Origin: the human T2T-CHM13v2.0 reference genome, Homo sapiens
Assembly (NCBI RefSeq): GCF_009914755.1
Contig: NC_060927.1
Length of the DNA: 64,000 nt
Direction: 5' to 3' (one strand)
Shown: positions 1 through 13,511 of the stretch, piece by piece
How the letters are laid out: the number at the start of each line of letters is the position of its first letter
Position numbering within the stretch: position 1 is the stretch's first letter
The notes under the pieces: model-generated
The model's database searches: none
What the model was told of the DNA's origin: nothing
Seen by the model: the letters and a program-made list of their open reading frames with translations, nothing else
Program-made: the position numbers and the translations under genes

Positions 1-1802
1 AACGCATAATTGAGCCTGTATGAAATGCTGTCTTCTAAGCCACTGGACACGCTGGAGGAATAGCGAATAAAGTATAACTGGATTTATTTATAACGAGGAG
101 AGAGCAAATGCAGTGTACGGAAATGAGACACATCATTTTATCTCGACAGAACAATTAAGCTTTCATTAGGGCTTAATGACAGGATGACATTCGGGGGTTT
201 GGAGGGTAAGCACATCACCTTCATTATCAAATCAAAGATTATCCAGTATCAAGAGGAACAGTTTTATTTATTCTGTATTCTCCTCGAACTCCCCACCCCA
301 AGCTCTGTCATGACCCTAGATAAGATGGGAATTGAACAAAAGTCCCCAAGTGCTAATTGCATATTCTCTCACATCCCCAAGATTGCTGTCTCCTAGCCAT
401 TTCATGTTAATATCACAGAAAGCAGACAGCAAGTGTATATTTGGATGCACAGCTAGGTACATTTCCCAGAATGTATTTTGGAAGGGGTTAGTTGTTGGAA
501 GGTTGGCAAGACACTAGTGACTCCACGTTTTGGCTACTACGCCTTTCTGTCCTGAAAGCCTGGTGTCCATGTTATTTAGAACAGCCTGGGTAAACTTATT
601 ACTGCACCCTGTGTTCACAGAAAAGGTTGGTTCTGAGTTCAGTTACAATCCCTAGCAGTTTAAACGATAGCTGCTGTGCTATAATCTAAAATAAATTGCT
701 TTTCTCAAGAAGCCATGTAAGCCTTTGCACTGCATCTTAGCAGAGCTGCTGGTTTTATCTCATCTGAAACTCAAGAAGGGTACAAAAGCAGGACCTCTGA
801 ACTCCTGTTGTTACCTCAAATGTCATTCTTCTACACTTCTGGGGCTCTCTCTTCACCCCAAATTCCTATCCCAGAACTAGATTTATGGGAAAGCAACAGT
901 GTTTTCATTTTTTAATGCAAATCATCATTTTGTGTTTATTGTTTTCTATATAAGCTGCATACTTTGCCTGGGGTCTTTTGAAAGAACTCTATTACTGGGG
1001 GCAAGATTTGTTTTTCCTCTTCCCACAGCTAGAAGGCTAACCTGCTACCATGGGCCAAGATAGCAAGTATGAGGACGCCCGCACCCAAATGAATTGGGGC
1101 ACCTCTACAGACTCTCCATTCAAACGCACATCCTCCTCCTCTCTCCAAAGGGAATGGAGGAAAAGGAAACAAACTTGTCAAGCGCTCAATACGTGAAATG
1201 ATAATTCTGGCTTTCTCCACCCTCCACCTCCCCAGGAGTTTTTCCCAAAGGTCCCATTGGCCCAAGCTCAAGCCTCAGCACTTCTCTAAACAAGATGCTT
1301 GTAGATCCCTTTGATGCCTTTCCACAAAGGCAATTAGAAGGGTTTCCAACGTTAACTATGTACATTCTTTCAGATTTAACAAGGCAACTTAATTAACACT
1401 GCTGTGTTTCTGCTAGTCAACAAGAGAAAATTGTCCTTTCAAGAGATTTTGCACATTGACAAAAATAATCCAGTAATACTTTTCCCTTTCAAATATTTTT
1501 CTTCTATTGAGATTGAAAGAGGTGGTTTGCAGAGTGCTATATGGTATGTGCTCAGCAGCATTTTTCTGAAAGGGAATTTTTTTATGTCCACACAAAAAAA
1601 AAAACATCCAGGACAAATAAAAGCCAAATGAATACTTTAGACAAATTCAAACTCAAACTTAGAGCCACTCAGAAGGCAAGGAAGTCCTATTTCTTTTTAT
1701 AACATACATGCAACCATGCCACGGGAGGATATGAAATGTAGCTCATGAATTATGTTTATCCTTAAGTTCTCTTGGAGCTATAATAATTAGAAAGAGACAA
1801 AG

Positions 1803-2005
1803 TGCTGATTCTCAACCAGTATCCCTAGGAGGCACTAGGAAATGGAGGAGGTGAGGACATTTCTTTGATGTCTCAGCAATTGGAGGGCAAAACTGACATT
1901 TGGAGAGTTCTCAAAATGTTGCTAAAAGTTCTGTAGTGTGTTAGCACCACAGAGCGAAGACTTTTCCTGCCCAGAATGCCAATAGATCCCCCTTGGGAAA
2001 CACTG
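1803..2005 (+). mobile_element. MER20-like hAT-Charlie MITE (old, diverged)
   Basis: Begins ...GATTCTCAACC and ends CCTGCCCAGAATGCCAATAG...GGGAAACACTG, resembling the recalled MER20 termini; ~200 bp. Confidence 0.5.
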
Positions 2006-2211
2006 ACCTCAAATGGGAGGTTGTCAATGCTGCACTAAGGCAAAATGAGCTCCTTGTCCTGGGTCCTTTGATTTCTCATTTTGCAAACTTAGGTGTCTGG
2101 CAGATAGTCAATGACTAAAGGAATCATCTAGTGGTGAAATGATGGTAAGTCACTTATCCATTCAATAAATATGTATTATGTACCATCTGTGTACAGTGAA
2201 AGTACTGCTAT

Positions 2212-2450
2212 TGACCAAGAGTCTCTCCTTGACCAAACGTTAATCAGGCTCCTCTGATTCTCTCCCTAATCAGGCCTTAACTTTTGGACTTCTGTGTCTT
2301 TCTCTGTATTGCCCAATTTTAGCAAGAATCCTCTTAGACTGGTTTATCCAGAACCCTTCATCTTCAATATTGGATTACCCTCAATATCTGATCAGATTCC
2401 ATATCCACCACCATCCCTTAGGTGGTTTAATCACATGGCCTGCCTTTAGG
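2212..2450 (+). mobile_element. MER31-family ERV1 LTR, 5' fragment
   Basis: TGACCAAGAGTCTCTCCTTGACCAAACGTTAATCAGGCTCCTCTGA matches the recalled MER31 start; the match stops at old L1 sequence. Confidence 0.6.
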
Positions 2451-2530
2451 TACATTTCATAACAATGTATCCAATTTTCCTGATCCAATTTTTCTGCATC
2501 CTTGCCAGCATTTGGCGTTATTATTATTTT

Positions 2531-5229
2531 TTTCCAATTTTTTTGTGGTAAAACATACATAACATAAAATTTAGCATCTTAACAATTTTAAGTGTATATT
2601 TCAGTAGTATTAAGTACATTCATATTGTTACAACCATCACCACCTATCTATCTCCAGAACTCTTCATCTTGCAAAACTGAAACTCTATACCATTTAACAA
2701 CTCTCAATTCCTACTTCTCCTCAGCCCCTAGCCACCATTCTACTTTCTGTCTCTACGATTTTGAATACTCAAAGCACCACAAATAGATGAAATCATACAG
2801 TATTTGTCTTTGCGTGACTGTCTTATTTCACTTAGCATAATGTCCTCAAGTTTCAATCATGTTGTAGCATATGTCAGAATTTACTTCCTTTTTAAGGCCA
2901 ACTGATAAGGAGGGACTTCCTTCTGTCCCATTTTGCTATTGATTTTCTACACACCTTACAGTTTTTTTCTGTCCCTCATTTCCTGCATCACTGTCTTCTT
3001 GTGTGGTTAGTTTATTTTTTGTAGTGAAACATTTAAATTCCTTTCTCATTTCCCCTTGTGTATATCTATTTTCTTTGTAGTTACCACAGGGATTATATTT
3101 AATATCCTAAAGTTATCGATTCTAATTTGGAATTATACCAGCTTAACTTTAATAACATACAAAAACATTGCTCCTCTACTTCTCTGTCCCCACTTCTTTA
3201 AATTATTGATGACAAAAAATTAACATCTTCATGCAATATGCTCTAAAATATAAACTGATATTTTAAAAGACGTATTAGCTTCTCAAATTATGTAGAAAAC
3301 AAAATGTGGAGTTACAAACCAAAGTTACAATAATACTAGCTTTTAGACTAATAATTTAAAAAAATTAGTCTCATATCATGTAGAAAAAAAATGGAGTTAA
3401 CAAAGCATTATTACAATAATACTAGCTTTTATAATTGCCCACATTTTTACCTTTACGGAGAACTTTATTTCTTAACTAAGATTCAAGTTACTATTAGTGT
3501 CCTTTCATTTCAACCTGTAGAACTCATTTTAGCATTTCTTACAGAGCATGTGTAGTGGTAATAAACTTCCTCAGCTTTTTTTTTTTTTTTAATATGAGAA
3601 TGCCTTAATTTCTTACTCACTTTTGAAGGACAATTTGCTGAATGTAGGATTCTTGGTTGGCAGTTTTTTGTTTTGTTTTGTTCTTTCTGTAGCCCTTTGA
3701 CTATGTCAGCCCATTGCATTCTGGACTCCTACATTTCTGACAATAATTCTGATAATCGTATTGATGATTCCTTCTACATAATGAGTTGCTTCTCTCATGT
3801 TGTTTTCAAGATTCTCTCTTTGTCTTTCAACAGTTTGAGTATACTGTGTCTTGTGTCTTGGGGTGGATCTCTTTGAGTTCATCCTATTTGGAATTCATTG
3901 AGCTTCTTGGATTTTTATGTTTATGTCTTGCATCAGATTTGGGAAGCTTTTGGCCATTATGTCTCCAAATAATCTCTCTATTCTTTCTCTCTCTTCTTAA
4001 GCTTCTGAACTCTCACAATGGGTATGTTGGTCTGCTTCATGGTGTCCAGCAGCTCTGTTCCTTCTTCTTCAATATTTTTTCTTTCTGTTCCTAAGACTCA
4101 TAATTTCCTTGTCCTATCTTCAAGTTTACTGACTCTTTCTTCTACCTGTTCAAATATGCCTTTGAATATCTCCAGTGAATTTTTCATTTCAGTTATTATA
4201 CTTTTCAACTGAAAAATTTCTCGTTCTATTTTTACTTTTTCTAAATCTCTGTATTGATGTTGCTGGTTAGTTCATACATCATTTATTTTTTACTTTTTCC
4301 ATATCTTTTAGTTTTTTGAGCATCTTTAAGATACTTGTTTTAGACTCTTTGTCTAGTAGATCCACAATTATAACTTTTTCAGGGACAGACCTTGTTGGTT
4401 CATTTTCTTTCCTTTGAATGTGCCATACTTGCCTGTTTCTTTTTATGTGCTGTGATTTTGTTGTTGTTGTTGAAAACCGGACATTGAAATAAAATAATGT
4501 GATAACTGTGAAAATCAGATTCTCCTTCCCCTTCCCCAGGGTTTGCTTTTTCATTCTGAATTGTTGTAGGTTGTCTCTGTGCTGAGGATAAGCCTGAGAT
4601 GTAAAGTTAAGTCCTTCTCACATCTTTTGTGAGCCTGCATCTTTCTCTAGGTATGAGCGGTGACTTTCTAATTTCCCATGTATATGTGGCTGCTTTAAAA
4701 TGTACTAGTCTTTAATGTCTGGCTCCAAACACAAAAGGGGAAAAGAAAAAAAATGAAAACAAAAGGAAAAGAGTGCTAGCCCTTTAAATCCCCTGGAAGT
4801 CACTTCAGCTGGAGAAAGAAGGGCTTGCAACAATGGAAGGAAATGCAACAACAATGGCCCCTGGCTCTGTCTGCACCTTTGTAATCAGAAGCAACAATTA
4901 GCTATCAGAGAACAGATTCCTGATTTTTGAATGACAGTGGCCTTTTTGCACACCCTGGCTCCCATAAACTGTGTGCAGGCTACTCCTGGACTCTGTGCAA
5001 GGATGCCTGCGAGTGGGGTATGAGTAGCTGATATTATTCTAAGAGCTAAAGTCAACCACAGTTAAGGGCAATTTACTGCCCAAGCCTTCTCTTGGAAATT
5101 AAAAGCCTTCAATAGACTCTAGAGTTCTAAAATAGTTACATCAGACAGATTATGCCATGCAGTTGTTCTCTAGGTGAGGAGATACATTCCTGGTGCTTTC
5201 TACTTTTTGATCTTCCCAGAATCCCCTCC
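2531..5229 (-). mobile_element. L1MB/L1M4-type LINE-1 with both termini but almost all of ORF2 missing
   Basis: L1MB-type 3'UTR at 2535-2899 joins directly to the ORF2-start/ORF1/5'UTR region; L1M4-like 5' terminus GGAGGGGATTCTGGGAAGAT (minus) at ~5229. Host L1 resumes at 5230. Confidence 0.65.
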
Positions 5230-5337
5230 TTATCAATTTTTTTTATTTAGCCATTTTAATAGATGGGTAATGATATCTCATTATGGTTTATATTTGCATT
5301 TCTCTGATGGCTAATGATGTGGAATATCTTTTATTGT

Positions 5338-5373
<36 letters not shown>

Positions 5374-5661
5374 CATCTGCCATTCTCTTCAGTGAAATGT
5401 CTCTTCATGTTTTTTGCCCATTTTCTAATTGGACTGTTTGGGTTTTTTTACTCTTGACTTTTCAGAGTTCTTTATATATTGTAAATACTAGTTCTTTGTG
5501 TAATATGTGGTTTGCAGATATTTCCAACCAGCCTGTAAATTGACTTTTCATTCCTTGTAGTTGGGCTTTCACAAAGCAAAAGTTTTAATGTTGATGAAGT
5601 TGAATCTAGCAATTCTCCTTTTGTGGATTATGCCTTTGGTGTTAAATCTAAGGACACTTTG

Positions 5662-7418
5662 GTTTGTTTTTTTATTTTTATTTTTTATTTCTATAGGTTT
5701 TGGAAAAATAGGTGGTGTTTGGTTACATGAATAGGTTCTTTAGCCATGGTTTCTGAGATTTTGGTGCACCCAATACCCAAACAGTATACACTGTACCCAA
5801 TTTGTCGTCTCTCATCCTTCACCTCCCTCCTCCCTCACTTGAATCTCCAAAGTCCATTGTATCATTCTTATGCCTTTGCATCCTCATAGCTTAGCTCCCA
5901 CTTATGAGTGAGAACATAGAATATTTGCTTTTCCATTCCTGAGTTACTCTACTTAGAATAATGATCTCCAATTCCACCCATGTAACTGTGAATATCATTA
6001 TTTCATTTCTTTTTTACGGCTGAATAGTATTCCATGGTATATATGTTCCACAATTTCTTTATCCACTCATTAACTGTTGGGCATTTGGGATGGTTCCATA
6101 GTTTTGCAATTGGAAATTGTGCTGCTATAAACATGTGTGTGCAAGTATCTTTTTTGTATAATAGCTTATTTTCCTCTGGGTAGATACCCAATAGTGGGAT
6201 TGTTGGATCAAATGGTAGTTTTACTTTTAGTGCTTTAAGGAATCTCCACGCTGTTTTCCATAGTGGCTGCACTAATTTACATTCCCACCAGCAGTGTAAA
6301 AGTGTTCCTTTTCACCACATCCCCACCAACATCTATTATTTTTTGATTTTTTGATTATGGCCATTCTTGCAGCTGTAAGGTAGTATTACATTGTGGTTTT
6401 GACTCGCATGTTCCTAATAATTAGTGAGGTCAAGCAGTTTTTCATATGTTTGTTGGTTATTTGTATATCTTCTTCTGACAATTGTCTATTCATGTCTTTA
6501 GCCCAGTTTTTGATGGGATTGTTTGTTTTTTTTCTTGCTAATTTGTTTGAGTTCCTTATAGATTCTGGATATTGGTCCTCTGTCAGATGTATAAATGGTG
6601 AAGATTTTCTCCCACTCTGTGGGTTGTCTGTTTACTGACTGTTTCTTTTGCTGTGCAGAAGCTTTTTAGTTTAATTAAGTCCCATCTATTTATCTTTGTT
6701 TTTGCTTTTCGTTTCTTAGTCATGAAGTCTTTGCCTAAGCCAATATCTAGAAGAGTTTTCCAATGTTATCTTCTAGAAATTGTATGGTTTCAGGTCTTAG
6801 ATTTAAGTCTTTGAACCATCTTGAGTTGATTTTTGTGCAAAGTGAGAGATGAGGATCCAGTTTCATTCTTCTACATGTGGCTTGCCAGTTATCCCAGCAC
6901 CATTTGTGGAATAGGGTGTCTGTTCCCCACTTTGTGTTTTTGTTTGCTTTGTTGACAATTGGTTGGCTGTAAGTATTTGGCTTTATTTCTGGGTTCTCTA
7001 TTCTGCTCCATTCGTCTCCGTGCCTATGTTTATACCAGTACCATGCTGTTTTGGTGACTATGGTCTTATAGTATAGTTTGAAGTTGGGTAATGAGATGCC
7101 TCCAGATTTGTTCTTTTTGCTTAGTCTTGCTTTGGCTTTGTGGGCTCTTTTTTGGTTCCATATGAATTTTTGGATTGTTTTTTTCTAGTTCTATGAAGAA
7201 TGATGGTGGTATTTTGATGAAAATTGACTTGAATTTGAAAGAAAAAGATTTCTTTAGGCAATATAGGCATTTTCACAATATTGATTCTATCCATCCCTGA
7301 ACATGGGATATGTTTCCATTTGTTTGCGTCATCTATGATTTCCTTAAGTAGTGTTTTGTAGTTTTCCTTGTAGTGGTCTTTCACCTCCTTGGTTAGGTAT
7401 ATTTCTAACTATTTTATA
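5662..7418 (-). mobile_element. L1PB1-type LINE-1, 5'-truncated (~1.75 kb)
   Basis: ORF2 C-terminal peptides (6003..6272, 7121..7384), L1PB-type 3'UTR and poly(T); degenerate TSD TAAG(G/A)ACA(C/T)TTTG at 5649-5661 and 7419-7431. Confidence 0.85.
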
Positions 7419-7773
7419 TAAGAACATTTTGCCTTGCCTTACATACAGAGATTTTCTCCCACATTTATTTTTTAAAATTGTTATTATTTTACATTTAATT
7501 CTATGATCCACTTTGAGTTAATTTTTGTATGAAGTTATGAGATTTAGATCAATGTTCATTTTTTTTCCCAATGGATGTCTAATGCTCTAGCATCATTTGT
7601 TGAAAGGCTGGACTTCCTTCATTAAGTTGCTTTTGCATCTTTGTCAAAAATCATTTGAGCCTATTTATGGAAGTCTATTTCTGGGTCCTCTATTCTGTTC
7701 CATTTTGTATATTCTTCTGCCAAAACCATGTTGGTTTGATTACTATAGCTATATAGCCCTAATATTGGGTGGA

Positions 7774-7776
<3 letters not shown>

Positions 7777-7820
<44 letters not shown>
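7777..7820. repeat. (AT)22 microsatellite
   Basis: Perfect AT dinucleotide run. Confidence 0.97.
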
Positions 7821-7824
<4 letters not shown>

Positions 7825-8084
7825 TTAATGTTGGGTTGGTTGATTCTTCCCACTTTATTTTATGTCAACATTGTTTTAGCTATTGTAGGTCCTGTGCATT
7901 TCCATATAAATGGAGATCAAATAAGTTTGCTAGAATTTTGTTAGAAATTTAATTTCTCAAAGATCAATTTGGGCAGAACTGACATCTTTACCATGCTGAG
8001 CCTTCCAAGTCTCTACTCATTTAAGTCTTTAATTTCTTTCATCAGCATTTTGTAATTTCATTATATAAACTCTGTACCTGTTTT

Positions 8085-8377
<293 letters not shown>

Positions 8378-11327
8378 TCTGTACCTGTTTTATTAAGTGT
8401 ATACCTGAATCTTTTATTTTCTTTGGAACTATTGTAATTGATACACTGTTTTTGATATTGGTTCCTACACATTCTTTGTTAGCATGTAAAAATACGATTA
8501 ACTGTTGTATGCATCCTGCACCCTTGCTGAACTCACTTGTTCTAGGATTTTTGTTGTTGTAGATTTCTAGGGATTATATATGTAGACAATCATATCATCT
8601 ACAAAGAGAGATTTATTTCATTTATTTCCAAACTGCATGCCTTCTATTTTCTTTTCTTGCCTTATTGTTTTGGCTAGACTTTCCAGTACTGGTTGAATAA
8701 AAGTCATGAGAGTGAACCTCCTGGCCTTGTTTCTAATCTCAGGGATGCTCTTTAGCAAGTCGAGATAATTCATCACTATTTCTAAATTGCTGAGAATTTT
8801 TATTATAAATAGATGTTGGATTTTGTCAGACGCCTTTTTATATGATGATATTATTTACTTTTTTTATTTTTAATTTCTTCCAGTGTTTCCTCAATGAATT
8901 TTCTTCTGTAGCTTATTTCTATGGTATATTACATTAATTAATTTTAAAATGTTGAACCAACCTTACATACCTGGCATATAATAAATCCTACTTCATCATA
9001 TTACATAATTCTTTTTATTCTTTGCTATTATTTCATTAAGAATTTCTGAGTCAAAATTTACAAAAGACATTGAACTATAGTCTTCTTTCCTCCCTCCCCC
9101 TTCTTCCTCTTCCTCCTTCTTCTTCTTTGCCTGGTTTTGGTATCAGGGTAATAATGAGTTGAAAAGTGTTCCTGCCTCTTCTATTTTCTAGAAAAGATAA
9201 TATAAAATTGGCATTATTTTTTTTTAACATTTGGTATAATTCTCCAGTGAAACAATGTAGTCCTAGAGATTTCTTTTTTGGGATATTTTTAATTATTAAT
9301 TCAATTTTTTAAATAGCTATAGGACTAGGCTAGGGCTGTTCATTTCATGTTGGCTGAGTTTAGCTAGTTTTTTTTTTTTTTTTAGAAATTGGTCTATTTC
9401 TTCTATGTTCGTTGAATATATGAGTGTAAAGTTGTTCATAGTATTTTTATTGTGTTTTAGTGACCACAGGATCTGTATTTATATTTCCTATTTCCTTCCT
9501 GGTATTGGTAATTTTGTTATTGTCAATTTTGCTAGTAGTTTATCAATTGTATTAATTTTTTAGAAGAACCTGTTCTTTGTCTCATTGACTACCTTTTTCT
9601 TATTTTTAATTCCATTGATTTATTCTTTTATCCTTATTATTTCCTCTGTCTACTTGCTTTTACTTTATTTTTCTCGTTTCTCAGAATAGGAACTTAGGTT
9701 ATTGATGTGAGGCCTTTAAAGACTTACTCTTTGACCTGTTGATAACTTAGAAGTGTGTTATAAATTTTCATGTTTTAGAGATTTTTCTGCTATTTTTTTG
9801 TTATGGATAACACATTCTGTAAAAATTTGCTAAGCATTTTTTATGGCCTATGATATGATCTATTTTGGTGAATGTTCTTCGGTTGCTTGAGATAAAAAGT
9901 ATATTCTGCTGTTGTTGGATGGAGTATTCTATATATTTCAATTAGATTCTATTTGCTGATTGTGATGGCGCAATCTTCTATATTCTTGATGATTTTCTGT
10001 ATAGTAGTTCTATTTGTTGTTGAGAGAGGACATTGAAGTCCTGAAATATAATTGATGATTTATTTGTTTCTCTTTCAGTTCTATCAGTTTTTGCTTTGTG
10101 TATTTTGAGGCTCTGTTATTTGGTATGTACATAAGATCATTTTGTCTTCCAGGTGGATCCATTCTTTTATCATTATATAATGTTCCTTCTTGTTTCCAGA
10201 TATTTTCTTTGTTCCAAAGTCCACTTTTATCAGATACTAGTATAAGCACTCCTGTTTTTTTTAAAATTAATATTTGTATGATATATGTTTTTCCACCCTT
10301 TTACTTTCAACTTAACTAATCATAGAATTTGAAGTGAGTTTCTTGTAGGCAGCATACAGTTAGATTATGTTCTATTATGCACTTTGTTTATCTCTGTCTT
10401 TTGATGGTGTTTAGATGATTTACCTTCAAGGTAACTATTGATAAGTTAGCATTTCACTATACCATTTCATTACTTGTTTTCTATTTGATTCCTCTGGTTC
10501 TCATTCCTCTGTTTCTCTTTTCTTGCCTTCCTGTGTGTAACCTAAACATTTTTTAGGATTTCATTTTGATATACAGTGTTTTGGGAAGTACTTCTTTGTA
10601 TAGTTTTCACTGTGGTTTCCCTGAGTACTAAAACCTAATATGTGACTTGTTACAGGCTACATTATCAACATTTAACTAGTTTGAAACTTCACTCCCATTT
10701 AAATCTCTTGTCCTTCCCATTTTTCAATAACATTGAATTGAGTATCAGATGGTATTATAATTTTTGTTTTAATCATCAAACATGATTTATAAAACTCAAA
10801 GAGAAAAGAACAGTTTATTGTATGTACCCACAAATGTCTTTCCAATGTTCTTTCTTCCTTCCTAATCCTCTAAGATTTCATCTTGTATTGTTTCCTTTCT
10901 GTTTAAAGAACTTTCTTTAGCCAATCTTTAAGAGTAGGTCTGCTAGCAACAAATTCATTTACTTTTCCTTCATCTGAGAATGTTTTTATTTCCTCTTCAC
11001 TCTGGAAGTATAGTTTTTCCAGACATAGAATTTACAGTTGATAATTCTTTCAGTACTTGAAAAATATTGTGGCATTTCCTTCTCATCTCCATTTTATGAG
11101 AAATCTGCTGTCATTTGAATTGGTATTCCTCTATAGGTAATGTGTCATTTCTCTTACTGCTTTCAAGATTTCTTCAGTATATTTTATTTTTAAAAGATTA
11201 ATTATGATATATCATAGCACAGATTTCATTGGGATTACGTGTGGGGTTCATTCAGCTTCTTGAAGCTGTAGGTTTCTGTCTTTCACCAAATTAGTTAAGT
11301 TTTCAGTCATCATTTCTTCAAATACTC

Positions 11328-11838
<511 letters not shown>

Positions 11839-13199
11839 TCAAATACTCTTTCAGTCCCATTATCTTTATCCTCTTCTGGGACTCCAATGACATGAATGTT
11901 GGGCCATTTGTCATTGTCTCACAGATCTCTGGGGTCCTGTTCATTTTTTCAGTCTATTTTTGGTCTATTGCTCTGATTGGGTGGATTCCATTGTTTTGTC
12001 CTCAAATTTAGTAATTCTACCCTCTCTTATCTCTAATTAACAGTAGATAGTCTAACCTATCGTTAATACTATCCAGCACTATTTTTATTTCTGTTATTTT
12101 TTATTTCTAGAATTTTTATTCAGTTGTTTTATAACTTCTATTTCTTTTCTAATATTTTCTATTTTAAAAAATTGTATCAAAAATTTGCAGCTGCTTTATA
12201 GGTCATTTATATGACAGATGCTTTAAAATTATTGTCAGATAATTCCAATATCTGATTCATCTTGGTGTTTGTGTCAGTTGATTGTCTTTTCTCATTCAAT
12301 TTGTGATTTTCTTGGTTCTTGGTATGAAGGATAATTTTTTATTGAATCCTGGGCATTTTGCCTATTATGATAGGAGAGACTAGGTCCTATTTAAGTCTTT
12401 CGTTGTAACAGTCAGTAACCCTGTTAAATTAATCATGTGGGTCTTGGCTACTTTTATCAGCTGTGGCTCCAGTGGCACTCTAATTTTCACAGACTTTGAG
12501 GTGTTATTTTGTTCTGCTTGATTAATCTGGTTGCAAGAGGCCACTGGTTCCTGCCTCTACCCCACTGCCTTGTGGGGCAGAACAGATTTCCCCACACTGG
12601 GCCTCAGGTATCTCTCAGTGGGAGAGGAATACGGTGGGGTCTGCCATCTGCCTCAGTGTCTTTGGGCAGGGAAGGAGAGTCTCAGGCATGTGAGAACAAA
12701 GAGGCTTCCTAGAATTGGCCACTTTTTGTGGTTGCATCCTTGTTGCTGGTTATGTCTTCTTGCTCCAGTGACTCTAGACAGGGGAGGATCATTTGAGGCA
12801 CACAGAGAAAAAGAGGCTTCCCTGACAGTATTATTTGCTATAGTTCATTCTTTTTTTACGTGTTCTGCCTGCCCACTTCAGTATTTCTTGGTGGAAAGGG
12901 AGAGTCTCAGGGCTGAGGGAGAGCAGAGTCCTTCCTCTGGCCAATTATTTTTGGCGAGGCTTCCAATTAATCTCTTTGGCTGGTAGCGTTGAACTTGTCT
13001 GATAGTTCCAGAGGGACATCCGCTCAATCAGGAAAAAAAAAAAAAAAAAAAAAAAAAATCAGCCTCCCTGAGCTGCTTCTTGTTGCCAGGCTTGGAGTTA
13101 GGAAACACTCAGTTAGGAAACACTCGGTCTAGGTGACCATCTTCTGTTGGGTTGGGACACTCTAAACACTCTGCTACTGTGCTGTTCCTCCAGGCCTAG

Positions 13200-13511
<312 letters not shown>

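Noticed and set aside
12531-12986. 151-aa ORF in a GC-richer segment
   Set aside because: Non-ATG start, lies antisense in an old L1 5'UTR, no recognisable domain.
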